Assembly: GCA_963628435.1 (NCBI GenBank)
Contig: CAVGEY010000009.1
Location: 13,631 to 77,630, forward strand
Origin: a bacterium
GTDB lineage: Bacteria > Bacillota > Clostridia > Oscillospirales > CAG-272
DNA length: 64,000 nt
Reading direction: 5' to 3'
The notes under the pieces are model-generated. The model did not search any database. It saw nothing but the letters and a program-made list of their open reading frames with translations, and had not been told where the DNA came from. This document shows positions 26,401 through 36,157 of this stretch, in pieces (the stretch's first letter is position 1; the number at the start of each line of letters is the position of its first letter). A program made the translations under genes and the position numbers.

Positions 26401-27900
26401 TTATTTTTCGTCTGTCGGTGTTAAATGCCCGACCGAGCAAATGTAACTGTCGCCGTTCTCCGGCCATATCGCCATAATCCGTGCGTGATATTTCGGACGC
26501 TCTTCTCCGAGCTTCAGCTCGATGTCCTCTTCAAAATACGGATTTTCTCTTCCGCCTTCTATGAGCTTTTCGCGTATGATTTTCCAGTATTTTTTCGGCA
26601 GAATCGAGTGTTCGCTCTCACTGTCCGAAAATAATGTCTTTTTGACGGTGGTTCCGTCAACCTGCTGACCGAAAAATGTCGCGCGGTGAAGCGATGTGTC
26701 ATATTCGAATTTGATTCCGCCGCAGCATTCCATAAAGAAGTTCTTTTTCAGATGTTCAAGCTCTATAAGTCCCTGAAGATGGCTCTCGTAGGGTAGGTTG
26801 TTCGCTTTCAGAGCCTCATCGGCAACAAGCGCCGCGTTTTCGCTGAAATCATAGCGGTTTCCGCTCTCTTTGAGCGATTCGAGCGAATCCGAAACGGCAT
26901 TGAACGCTTCGATAAGCAGCGGATTGAACGCTCCGCATTCACCGCCGGTTATCATCATAACCGCCTTTTCGTGCGAAAAGGCTTTCTTGTAGCATCTCTC
27001 GCTCGTCAGCGCATCATATATATCGGCAAGCGAAACAACCTGTGCCGCTATCGGAATACTGTCGCCCGAAAGTCCGTCGGGATAGCCTTTTCCGTCGTAC
27101 TTTTCATGATGCCAGCGGCATATACTGCGAGCGGTCTTTATGAAGCTGCTGTTCTGATCGAGTTCGGCACTTGCGAGGATTTTGTCGCCCTCGACTGTGT
27201 GCGCTTTCATGATTTCCCATTCATCGGCGGTCAGTTTTCCGGGTTTGTTGAGTATTTCTTCGGGAACCTTGATTTTGCCGATGTCGTGAAGTGCCGAAAG
27301 GGTGGTGATAAGCGATATGTCCGATTTCGTAAGACGGTATTTGTCTGTTCTCTGCGACAGCTCTGTGAGCAGCATGTTCGTTATCGCCTGAACATTCAGC
27401 GTGTGGCTGCCCGATTCGTGATTTCTCGTTTCGATGATGTCGCTGAAAATGTTAATCATCGAACTCGAAATCTTTTCGCGTTCGTAAACCTGATTTTCGA
27501 CCATGTGGACAAGCTGCTTCTGCTTGGAGTACATGAGAAGTGTGTTTTCGACCCGCCGCTGAACGATTACCGTGTAAAACGGCCTGCTGATGTAATCGAC
27601 AACTCCGAGTGAAAACGCTTTCGCGATAAGTTCGGGATTGTCCTCCGCCGAGATTATCATAACCGGGATGTCGTTTATCCATTTGCGTACGTTCATCGTG
27701 TGAAGAACATCGAAACCGTTCATGTTCGGCATATTCAGGTCAAGAAGCATAAGATCGGCATTTTCTCCGGCGTCAAGCATTTCGATTACCTCAACGCCGT
27801 CACACGCATAGACAAAATCGTACTTGTCCCCCAGCATAACCGTAAGCATATCGCGGTTTATCTGTGCATCGTCGGCTATCAGAATTTTGCTCTTGCTCAT
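26401..27900 (-). CDS. response regulator with HD-GYP c-di-GMP phosphodiesterase domain and an uncharacterised C-terminal domain
   Basis: 499 aa. REC motifs are ILIADD, DLMLLDLNMPNMNG and MIISAED. HD-GYP motifs are LHDIGK and HHEKYDGKGYPDGL. About 150 C-terminal residues have no motif I recognise. Confidence 0.88.
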   Translation of the reverse strand: MSKSKILIADDAQINRDMLTVMLGDKYDFVYACDGVEVIEMLDAGENADLMLLDLNMPNMNGFDVLHTMNVRKWINDIPVMIISAEDNPELIAKAFSLGVVDYISRPFYTVIVQRRVENTLLMYSKQKQLVHMVENQVYEREKISSSMINIFSDIIETRNHESGSHTLNVQAITNMLLTELSQRTDKYRLTKSDISLITTLSALHDIGKIKVPEEILNKPGKLTADEWEIMKAHTVEGDKILASAELDQNSSFIKTARSICRWHHEKYDGKGYPDGLSGDSIPIAAQVVSLADIYDALTSERCYKKAFSHEKAVMMITGGECGAFNPLLIEAFNAVSDSLESLKESGNRYDFSENAALVADEALKANNLPYESHLQGLIELEHLKKNFFMECCGGIKFEYDTSLHRATFFGQQVDGTTVKKTLFSDSESEHSILPKKYWKIIREKLIEGGRENPYFEEDIELKLGEERPKYHARIMAIWPENGDSYICSVGHLTPTDEK

Positions 27901-27934
27901 TTGAATTTACCTCTGCAATCTTGTTTGCTTTTTT

Positions 27935-29866
27935 TTATGATTGTTGCGTGAGCTGCTGATTTTTCGAATATTTTGCGAGTACCGCGTAAATCTTTTCGGC
28001 ATCTACCGGCTTTGAAAGATGGTCGTTCATACCAGCCTCAAGCGTGTGTTTGCGCTCTTCGTCGAATGCGTCTGCCGTCATTGCGATAATCGGAATTTCG
28101 GCGGCATCATCGCGTTCAAGCGAGCGTATCTTCCTTGTCGCCTCGATTCCGTCGACAATCGGCATGCGTATGTCCATAAGAATCGCGTCAAAATCGCCGG
28201 GCTGTGACGAGGCGAAAGTATCAACCGTCTCCTGTCCGTTCGATGCGGTTGTTACCTTGCATCCCGCTTTTTCGAGAATAAGTTTTGCAACGTATGTATT
28301 AAGTTCGTTGTCCTCCGCAAGCAGAATTTTCATTCCGCCGAGATTGTATTCGGTCCGGTCAATCGTCTTTCGATAGCCCGATGAGCCGTCGTCATTCGAC
28401 AAAATGTCCACATAGAAAGTCACCTTGAATTCTGTTCCTTCGCCGAGCTTGCTCTTTACGGTGATTTCGCCGCCCATGGCCGATACAAGTCTTTTTACAA
28501 TCGGCAGACCGAGGCCGGTACCGCCGACATTGCTGTTGAGCGCCGAATGTTCGCGTGCGAACGGTTCGTACAGATGCTCCAGAAATTCCTCGCTCATTCC
28601 GATTCCGTTGTCGCGTACTATGAAAAGAATTTTCAGCTTGTTGTTTGTAACTTCGAGATTGTCAACCTCAAACCAGACATCTCCCCCTTCTGGAGTGAAT
28701 TTTGCCGCATTTGAAAGGAGATTGAAGAAAATCTGGTTGAAACGCACTTTGTCCACGCCGATGGTATATTGACCGGGACGCAGTTCCTTGTGAAAATTAA
28801 GGTGTTTTGCATCCATAAGCGGCTGAACAACCGTATCGATTGTGTCGAGGAATTCCGCTCTGGTAAAAGCATCTTTGTGAAGTTCAAACTCGCCGCTTTC
28901 GATTTTGCTCATGTCGAGGATGTCATTTATAAGCCCGAGAAGGAAATTGCCCGAAATGTTGATCTTGTCAAGGTAACCGTGTATGACATTTACATCGGTC
29001 TCATTTTGCGCCATCTTAGTGAGATTTATAATCGCGTTCATCGGAGTGCGGATGTCGTGGCTCATATTCGACAGGAATGCGGTCTTGACTTCGCTTGCCT
29101 CTTTTGCGGCGGCAGATGCCTCCTCGGCGGCTTTGAGCGATTTTGCTATCGCTTCCTGATGTTCGAGATGCTGACGGTCGTTTTCCTTTGCCGCCATAAA
29201 GAAATATGCCAGCAGAGCAACGATAACCGAGACAAACGGTTGGAACGGATAAATCTGATAAACGGGAATGATAATGTTGTTGACTCCCGCCGCAATCAGC
29301 GGAACCAGTGAAATGACGCACGACTGCAGAACATACGGCTCCCTTTTCAGTTCTTTGCGTATGAAAATGACAATCGCGTATATAAGCGGCAGAATATAGT
29401 AGAAATAGTTCAGGTAGCTGTAATATGTAAAGAGTGATCCGCGAACATACATTCCGGTATCGTCAAGCGACCAGATAAGACCGGTAAACGGCGTTGTTAA
29501 CGCCAAAATAAGCAGAATCGCAAGCGGAATATATTCCGCCCATTTTAATTTAGCTCTGAATGTCGAGCCGACGAATGACCGTACAAACTGATGCCAGAAA
29601 AACGGCATAAGAACGTAGACGATGTAAAATAAAAAGGCTACGATTTCGAATGGTATTCCGTGAAGCGACTCGGTGAGATGGCAGGTGATAAACGCCGCGT
29701 CAAGTGTCACATAGCACGCGGTTATAAATACAAAACTGCGGCAGCGGTTAAGCGCCAATTTGTTTTTGATCATCAAATTTGTCCTGATGAAAATTATCAG
29801 CAGAATAATAAGCATGAAAAATGTGTTGGTTAAATAAGATCCGAGTTCCGAGCTGATAGAAACCAC
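27935..29866 (-). CDS. hybrid sensor histidine kinase (multi-TM sensor module, HisKA, HATPase_c, REC)
   Basis: 643 aa. About 6-7 TM helices. H-box is SHDIRTPMNAIINL. GTGLGLPIV is present. REC carries DAILMDIRMPIVDG. GTG start. Confidence 0.9.
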   Translation of the reverse strand: MVSISSELGSYLTNTFFMLIILLIIFIRTNLMIKNKLALNRCRSFVFITACYVTLDAAFITCHLTESLHGIPFEIVAFLFYIVYVLMPFFWHQFVRSFVGSTFRAKLKWAEYIPLAILLILALTTPFTGLIWSLDDTGMYVRGSLFTYYSYLNYFYYILPLIYAIVIFIRKELKREPYVLQSCVISLVPLIAAGVNNIIIPVYQIYPFQPFVSVIVALLAYFFMAAKENDRQHLEHQEAIAKSLKAAEEASAAAKEASEVKTAFLSNMSHDIRTPMNAIINLTKMAQNETDVNVIHGYLDKINISGNFLLGLINDILDMSKIESGEFELHKDAFTRAEFLDTIDTVVQPLMDAKHLNFHKELRPGQYTIGVDKVRFNQIFFNLLSNAAKFTPEGGDVWFEVDNLEVTNNKLKILFIVRDNGIGMSEEFLEHLYEPFAREHSALNSNVGGTGLGLPIVKRLVSAMGGEITVKSKLGEGTEFKVTFYVDILSNDDGSSGYRKTIDRTEYNLGGMKILLAEDNELNTYVAKLILEKAGCKVTTASNGQETVDTFASSQPGDFDAILMDIRMPIVDGIEATRKIRSLERDDAAEIPIIAMTADAFDEERKHTLEAGMNDHLSKPVDAEKIYAVLAKYSKNQQLTQQS

Positions 29867-30093
29867 ATCCCTTCATAATCAGATGCGAAATTGCACAATA
29901 CAATGACGTTTGTTCACCGTTGATTATACAATAATTACAAAATAATATCAAGAATTATTACCGTTTTATTTCAATGTTAAAAAAAAATTAACATTTGTAA
30001 TGCTCTGTAGACACATTGCGTCGAATAAAATTCGGCATTTCGGGAAAAAATATGTATAATTCGGTTATGAGCCCGTTTTTTTCGCTTCGCGTG

Positions 30094-30121
30094 TTGACTT
30101 TTTTTTCTCTCGGTGTATAAT
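30094..30121 (+). promoter_or_regulatory. putative promoter of the isomerase / alpha-galactosidase genes
   Basis: TTGACT at 30094-99, a 16-nt T-rich spacer, and TATAAT at 30116-21 preceded by GTG. A 5' leader of about 150 nt follows. Confidence 0.45.
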
Positions 30122-30278
30122 ATATGTAATATGATGAAAAGTTCGGCTGCCTGTGTTCGCCGTTTCGACATTTCCGCCAAAGGCGGTATCGCCTGCAGGC
30201 CCGTGACAGTCCGGACTTAAAATAAAATTATACAAACCGAAAGATGTGCGGCAAACGCCGCCGATAAGGAGGAAAACA

Positions 30279-31754
30279 ATGAAAAATATTCCGAATGTCA
30301 AATTAGGTCTGATAGCCGTATCGCGTGACTGCTTTCCCCGTGTGCTTTCCGAAATGCGCCGCTCGAATATAGCAAAATCGGTATCGGATATATATGAATG
30401 TAAGGTTACGGTGGAAAACGAAGCCGATATGCTGAAAGCCGTCGCCGATGTAAAATCGGCGGGCTGCAACGCTCTTGTCGTATTCCTCGGCAATTTCGGG
30501 CCCGAAACTCCCGAAACGCTCATCGCAAAATATTTTGACGGTCCCTGCATGTTTGTTGCCGCAGCCGAAGGCGACGGCGACCTCATCAACGGACGCGGAG
30601 ATGCCTACTGCGGAATGCTCAACTGCTCTTATAATCTCGGTATGCGTCATCTCAAAGGCTATATTCCCGAATATCCTGTCGGAACAGCCGAAGATATCGC
30701 GGGTATGATTGCCGATTTCGTTCCGATTGCAAGAGCCGTTATCGGTGTTAAAAATCTGAAGATAATCACATTCGGTCCCCGTCCTCAGGATTTCTTCGCC
30801 TGCAATGCCCCGATTAAAGGACTTTACGAACTCGGCGTCGAAATCGAGGAAAATTCCGAACTCGATCTGCTTGTGTCCTATAAAGCGCACGCAAACGATG
30901 CCCGCATACCCGAGGTATGCGAAGATATGAAAAAAGAAATGGGAGAGGGAAAATACTATTCCGACCTTCTCGTGCGTATGGCACAGTTCGAGCTCACCCT
31001 TCTCGATTGGGCAGACGCGCATAAAGGCTCGCGCGAGTATGTTGTTTTCGCCGATAAGTGCTGGCCCGCGTTCCCCGAGCAGTTCGGCTTTGAGCCCTGC
31101 TATGTAAACTCGCGTCTTGCATCACGCGGTATTCCGGTTGCCTGCGAAGTTGATATTTACGGCGCGCTTTCCGAGTATATCGGCGCCTGCATTTCGGGCG
31201 ATGCGGTTACTCTGCTCGACATCAACAACTCTGTTCCCGCAAGCCTTTACGATGCCGAAATCAAGGGCAAGTTCGATTATAAACTCACCGACACTTTCAT
31301 GGGATTCCATTGCGGCAATACGCCTTCCTGCAAGATGTGTGCCGACAGAGCAATAAAATATCAGCTTATCCAGCACAGACTTCTCGAGCCCGCAGGTTCC
31401 GAACCCGATTTCACCCGCGGAACGCTTGAGGCCGATATTGCGGCAGGCGATATTACATTCTATCGTCTGCAGTGTGATTCGGAAGGCAATCTCAGAAGCT
31501 ATATAGCCGAAGGCGAAATTCTTCCCGTTAAGACAGGCAGTTTCGGCGGCATAGGCATTTTCGCCATACCCGAAATGGGCCGTTTCTACCGTCATGTGCT
31601 TGTCGAAAAACGTTATCCGCATCACGGCGCAGTTGCATTCGGACATTACGGCAAACTGCTGTTCGAGGTGTTCAAGTTCCTCGGAATCGCCGATATCGCA
31701 TATAATCAGCCTAAGGCTCTTCCGTATCCTACCGAAAATCCCTTCTGCCGGTAA
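30279..31754 (+). CDS. L-fucose/L-arabinose isomerase family protein (COG2407-like)
   Basis: 491 aa from the ATG at 30279, which is preceded by AAGGAGG. The track ORF starts at an upstream GTG. The N-terminus MKNIPNVKLGLIAVSRDCFP...VVFLGNFGPETPE is typical of this sugar-isomerase family as I recall it. Confidence 0.7.
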   Translation: MKNIPNVKLGLIAVSRDCFPRVLSEMRRSNIAKSVSDIYECKVTVENEADMLKAVADVKSAGCNALVVFLGNFGPETPETLIAKYFDGPCMFVAAAEGDGDLINGRGDAYCGMLNCSYNLGMRHLKGYIPEYPVGTAEDIAGMIADFVPIARAVIGVKNLKIITFGPRPQDFFACNAPIKGLYELGVEIEENSELDLLVSYKAHANDARIPEVCEDMKKEMGEGKYYSDLLVRMAQFELTLLDWADAHKGSREYVVFADKCWPAFPEQFGFEPCYVNSRLASRGIPVACEVDIYGALSEYIGACISGDAVTLLDINNSVPASLYDAEIKGKFDYKLTDTFMGFHCGNTPSCKMCADRAIKYQLIQHRLLEPAGSEPDFTRGTLEADIAAGDITFYRLQCDSEGNLRSYIAEGEILPVKTGSFGGIGIFAIPEMGRFYRHVLVEKRYPHHGAVAFGHYGKLLFEVFKFLGIADIAYNQPKALPYPTENPFCR

Positions 31755-31853
31755 TCCGAAAACCGCGTACTCACTGTTTATTATATTTTAATCACGATTG
31801 TATTTGCAGCTTGCAACTGAAAATTAAGTTCGGCAACAATATGCAAACAGTCC

Positions 31854-31888
31854 GACGCCGAAAGTTTTGGCTTTCGGCGTCGTTTTTT
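31854..31888 (+). terminator. rho-independent terminator after the isomerase gene
   Basis: GACGCCGAAAG, loop ttttgg, CTTTCGGCGTC (11-bp stem), followed by GTTTTTT. Confidence 0.8.
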
Positions 31889-31924
31889 CAAAATGAATAA
31901 AAAGCCGAAAGGAAACCGAAAACT

Positions 31925-34039
31925 ATGGATATAAGAATGAACCGATCGGGTATGAATATACTGTTTCGCGTGTATGACGATAAAACCGTGGGACTTGTCG
32001 ATTTTTCTGCGGTTTCGAATTCGCGCCCTCTCGACATCTGTCCCTCGGACGGACATAACGCTTCTCTTCCGAGAAGACATCCGTGGCAGTTTCTCGCCGT
32101 ACAGGTAACGGGCGAGAACTATGACGGAAACTTCAGCAAACGCAGTTCGGGCAGTACAAACCGCTATTGGAAATATGTTTCCCATAAAATAACCGATAAT
32201 GAGTCGGGTAGTCTTCTCGAACTTGATGTTGCCGCTCCCGACCGACTTCACGCCGCATATTTTATGCAGACCTATAACGACATACCGATAGTCCGCACAT
32301 GGGTAACGCTCACGAATAATTCGGATGCCGATATGGGCATTGAGTATGTTTCCTCGTTTGTTTACAGCGGTATCGGAAAAGACAGCGGAACCGATACGTA
32401 TGACCATATCAAACTCATGCTCGCACGCAACAGTTGGTGCAATGAGGTACAGTGGCATACGCTTGACGCGATTGATGCGGGGCTTTCGCACATGCCTTAT
32501 AGGGGATATAATCTGCCCGACGGCGGATCAAACAGATTTGTTTACGGCAGCCGCGATTCCTACTCGACAGGCGAGTATATGCCGATAAGTATCGCCATTG
32601 ACGAAAAGAGCGGCGAAATCTGGTACGGACAGATTGATTATTCGGGCGCGTGGACAATCGAATACGGCTCGGGCGATGACCGCCACATGTATATCGGACT
32701 TTTCGGGCCGACAGACGATGCCGATTTCTGGAAAAATCTCAAACCCGGCGAAAGCTTTACAACCGTTCCGTCGGCTTTCGGTGTATCGCTCGGCAATATA
32801 AATAACGCTTTCGCTGCGCTTACTCTTTACCGCCGCGCCATCCGCAGACAAAATCTTGACAACGAGAGATGTTCTGTCGTGTTCAACGATTATATGAACT
32901 GCCTTTTCGGCGATCCGACAGAGGAAAAGGAAAAGAAAATTATCGATATCGCCGCCGATCTCGGATGTGAGTACTACTGCCTTGACTGCGGCTGGTATGA
33001 TTCCGGTCCGTGGTGGGATAAGGTCGGCGAATGGAAAGAAAGCCCCGAACGCTTCCCGAACGGACTCAAAACCGTATTTGATTATTGCCGCTCTAAGGGA
33101 ATGCACATGGGAATGTGGCTTGAAATCGAGGTTATGGGAGTAAAATGCGAGCTCGCCGATAAACTCCCCGACGATTGGTTTGTATGCACACACGGAAAAC
33201 GCCGTATGGAGCGCGGCCGTTATTTGCTCGATTTCCGCAATCCCAGGGTACGCAAATACTGCGGGGATGTCGTGGACAGACTTGTAAACGACTACGGCTG
33301 TGAATTTTTCAAAATAGATTACAATGTAACAACCGGAACCGGAAGCGATCTCAATTCGGATAGCCGCGGTGAGGCTATGCTCGAACATTACCGCGCGTTT
33401 TATGAGTGGATACGCGACATATACAGACGTCATCCGAATCTCGTAATAGAAAACTGCGGCTCCGGCGGTCAGCGTATGGATTACGGTATACTTTCGCTTC
33501 ATTCGCTGCAGTCGACATCCGATCAGACCGATTATATTTCCAATGCATATATCGGTACGAGCGTTGCGAGTGCTGTTGCACCCGAACAGTGCGGCACATG
33601 GATATATCCGTATGAGGATAACAGAGAACATGTTATTTTCAATATGATGAACGGTATTCTCCTTCGTCCGTATGTAAGCGGTATGGTATGGAATATGTCG
33701 GAAAGCAGTCTTGACATTCTGCGTGAAGGAATTTCGACATATAAGAAAATACGAGGCGATATTAAGCACATGCTTCCGTTTTTCCCGCTCGGAATGTGCA
33801 GAGTCGGAGATAAAGAGCTGGCTTACGGCCTTGCAAACGACGATTTCGCATATCTGTCGGTATTCGCGATAGATAACGGCAGTGTTACCGTCGACCTCGG
33901 CTGTCTCGAAAAGAAGATAACAGACATAAAGGTTATTTATCCCTATACCGAGGAATGCGGGTATACGCTCGAAAACAATCTGCTTAAAGTTAAAATGCCG
34001 GTCGGCACAGCCGCAAGACTGTTCAGACTGACTTTTTGA
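31925..34039 (+). CDS. alpha-galactosidase, glycoside hydrolase family 36
   Basis: 704 aa. Motifs are YCLDCGWYD, FKIDYN (KxD nucleophile context) and ENCGSGGQRMD. Size and layout are typical of GH36. Confidence 0.8.
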   Translation: MDIRMNRSGMNILFRVYDDKTVGLVDFSAVSNSRPLDICPSDGHNASLPRRHPWQFLAVQVTGENYDGNFSKRSSGSTNRYWKYVSHKITDNESGSLLELDVAAPDRLHAAYFMQTYNDIPIVRTWVTLTNNSDADMGIEYVSSFVYSGIGKDSGTDTYDHIKLMLARNSWCNEVQWHTLDAIDAGLSHMPYRGYNLPDGGSNRFVYGSRDSYSTGEYMPISIAIDEKSGEIWYGQIDYSGAWTIEYGSGDDRHMYIGLFGPTDDADFWKNLKPGESFTTVPSAFGVSLGNINNAFAALTLYRRAIRRQNLDNERCSVVFNDYMNCLFGDPTEEKEKKIIDIAADLGCEYYCLDCGWYDSGPWWDKVGEWKESPERFPNGLKTVFDYCRSKGMHMGMWLEIEVMGVKCELADKLPDDWFVCTHGKRRMERGRYLLDFRNPRVRKYCGDVVDRLVNDYGCEFFKIDYNVTTGTGSDLNSDSRGEAMLEHYRAFYEWIRDIYRRHPNLVIENCGSGGQRMDYGILSLHSLQSTSDQTDYISNAYIGTSVASAVAPEQCGTWIYPYEDNREHVIFNMMNGILLRPYVSGMVWNMSESSLDILREGISTYKKIRGDIKHMLPFFPLGMCRVGDKELAYGLANDDFAYLSVFAIDNGSVTVDLGCLEKKITDIKVIYPYTEECGYTLENNLLKVKMPVGTAARLFRLTF

Positions 34040-34154
34040 AAAAAAGTTCCCGCAGGATAAAAAATCCTGACACATTTCGGGGTTGACGCGTGTATTATTT
34101 ATGTAAGGACAAAAAAATAACGGGAAAAACAATTATCGAAAGAAGGAGAATAAA

Positions 34155-36089
34155 ATGGGAAAATATACGGCCGAAGAACTTGAAAATTTGAAGCAATCCG
34201 ACCCGATGCGCTATTTCTATTACAGTCATGAGGACGAGTATAAAGAAATAGGCGTGGATTTCGATAATGAGAGATGGGAAACTCCTTTTCACCATAACGC
34301 GGGTAAGCAAAACGGAAGGGACAGCTTTACATATTTTCACGATATGGTATGCTCCGATGGCGGCGCAACGGTGATTGCGCCCGACGGCAGACTTATCAAT
34401 ATCTCGGAAAATAAAGGAATTACCGAACTGTCTCCGAAAGCCGGAAGGGTGCCCGTATTCAAATTCAAACATCCCGTAGAGGCTCCGGCGCCACTCGGCA
34501 GATGGTTCAGATTTCTGAATAGGATTACCGGAGGTCTGTACGGGCGCTCTCGACTTCGCGAATATGAGAACAGACTGAATGAGCATAATATACAGGAGCG
34601 TGAGCTGGAGGCGGCAAAAGCCAGATTCGAAACAACCGAACTCGCCGAGTACCGTAAACGCGCGCTCAAATTTGAAGACCATCGCATGAACCTTAAACAC
34701 ATGGGAAAAGATCTCAAGGAATGTACGGATGTTACCGATGAGATCAGAAAGCATTTGGCCGATGAAAAAGAGCGAAAGATACTGTTCGATAAGCAGGCAT
34801 TCAATGTGTCCGATACGCTTGAGCAGCGTGAGCACGGACGCGCCCGCCTCGACTATCTTGCGGGGCCCCGCCGCGGCGACATAAAAGAAGAACAGGCTAA
34901 GAGGTGGATTAAAGAGGACGGTACATTCGCCGACAGCAACGGAAATAAAGAACTCGAAATTATGGATATAGCTCTTCCCGAATGTAAAGCGTTCAGCGAC
35001 CATCAGATAGCTCTGCTCGGACTCGGTGCAATGTGCGATCCGGATTTTGCCGAAAGACTTCATCGCCATCCCATTCCGGGCGGACCCGAAAATAACGAAA
35101 AGCTGACCGAAACTCAGAAGAATGAAATACGCGGTATATGGTATAACAATACCGAGTCGCTCTTTACCCGTAAAAGACGTGAGATATGTACGGCAGTTCC
35201 GTGGGTCAATAACGCAAGAGCCGAGGTTGCCGATGCGCTTGCGAAATATAATAGCGGTGACAAGAGCGCAGTTGCGAAAATGCTCAAAGACGGATTGCAT
35301 CAATGCTCAAGAATGCTTATAAAACAGGAATCGGTAACCGATTCGAATACGCTTGCCGATTACAGCTTTTATGCGGGCGAAATGCTCGATATGCTTAACA
35401 GCGATAAAGAACTTCTTGCCGAGGCTGAAAAAATCGGATTTACAGAGCGTGATTATAAAGACGGTATTATATGCGCGAATGTCGGCACAGTATGGGATCG
35501 CGGTCTTGAGGCACAGAAAAAACTTATAAATAATCCCGAAATGTCTGCCGAAGAGAAGCAGAATGCGATAGTGGATGTTATCGGTATGCGTATTACGCAG
35601 AGCTTGCTGCATAATCAGGCTATGGAAGTTGTGAAATCCGAAGGCTATACGAATGCGTTTAATGGTGCCCTTGAAACATTGGGGGAACTGCAGAAATCCG
35701 AGGGAAAACTCGATAAACATGATCCCGATTATCGTAAGCAAAAAGAGCGGATTATGGGTTCAATCGATGATTGCAACAATAGATTGGCGCAAATGCAGAT
35801 GGGCTATATGCTTGATGCATACGGTATTGCAACATCGTTTACCGATACCATGAACGCTATATATGCCGGGAAAGGGAAACCCGATGAACTCCGCGATACC
35901 ATACGCAAAAAGATAGATGTCGAAAAACTCGGCGAGCGTTCCTGCGATAAGCTTCTGGTCGATCTGCTGGCGAACAAATCACAGGATTACGTCAGGAGCT
36001 TCTTCAAAAAAGAGAATGCTCCGCAAAACGAGAAACAGAATGTCAAAGAAAATGTTGTTCGGAAGCAGAACAACATTCCGGTTAAATAA
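34155..36089 (+). CDS. hypothetical protein (orphan: charged, helical or coiled-coil rich, no signal peptide or TM)
   Basis: 644-aa ORF with RBS GAAGGAGA 6 nt upstream and its own terminator. I recognised no motif. The competing antisense ORF 34095-35303 has implausible composition. Confidence 0.7.
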   Translation: MGKYTAEELENLKQSDPMRYFYYSHEDEYKEIGVDFDNERWETPFHHNAGKQNGRDSFTYFHDMVCSDGGATVIAPDGRLINISENKGITELSPKAGRVPVFKFKHPVEAPAPLGRWFRFLNRITGGLYGRSRLREYENRLNEHNIQERELEAAKARFETTELAEYRKRALKFEDHRMNLKHMGKDLKECTDVTDEIRKHLADEKERKILFDKQAFNVSDTLEQREHGRARLDYLAGPRRGDIKEEQAKRWIKEDGTFADSNGNKELEIMDIALPECKAFSDHQIALLGLGAMCDPDFAERLHRHPIPGGPENNEKLTETQKNEIRGIWYNNTESLFTRKRREICTAVPWVNNARAEVADALAKYNSGDKSAVAKMLKDGLHQCSRMLIKQESVTDSNTLADYSFYAGEMLDMLNSDKELLAEAEKIGFTERDYKDGIICANVGTVWDRGLEAQKKLINNPEMSAEEKQNAIVDVIGMRITQSLLHNQAMEVVKSEGYTNAFNGALETLGELQKSEGKLDKHDPDYRKQKERIMGSIDDCNNRLAQMQMGYMLDAYGIATSFTDTMNAIYAGKGKPDELRDTIRKKIDVEKLGERSCDKLLVDLLANKSQDYVRSFFKKENAPQNEKQNVKENVVRKQNNIPVK

Positions 36090-36105
36090 TAATCTGTCAA
36101 AAATA

Positions 36106-36142
36106 AAAAGCTGCCAAAGGATACAGCCTAAGGCAGCTTTTT
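36106..36142 (+). terminator. rho-independent terminator
   Basis: AAAAGCTGCC ... GGCAGCTTTT stem followed by T residues, 17 nt after the stop codon. Confidence 0.75.
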
Positions 36143-36157
36143 GCCGATAAGGCAAAA

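Noticed and set aside
29973-29995. AT-rich inverted repeat AATGTTAA-A7-TTAACATT (and a nearby AATAAT...ATTATT) upstream of the minus-strand hybrid kinase.
   Set aside because: Short palindromes of this type arise readily by chance in a region with about 25 percent GC. Nothing else supports an operator, so I do not report it as a feature.
32528-34132. 534-aa minus-strand ORF opposite the GH36 alpha-galactosidase.
   Set aside because: The plus-strand frame carries GH36 catalytic motifs, and the minus frame has none and has odd composition. It is a shadow ORF.
34095-35303. 402-aa minus-strand ORF competing with the 644-aa orphan gene.
   Set aside because: The plus-strand ORF is longer and has a GAAGGAGA RBS and a downstream terminator. 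The minus-strand product is Phe/Ile/Cys-rich with no start context. I kept the plus-strand call, though with lower confidence than for recognisable genes.
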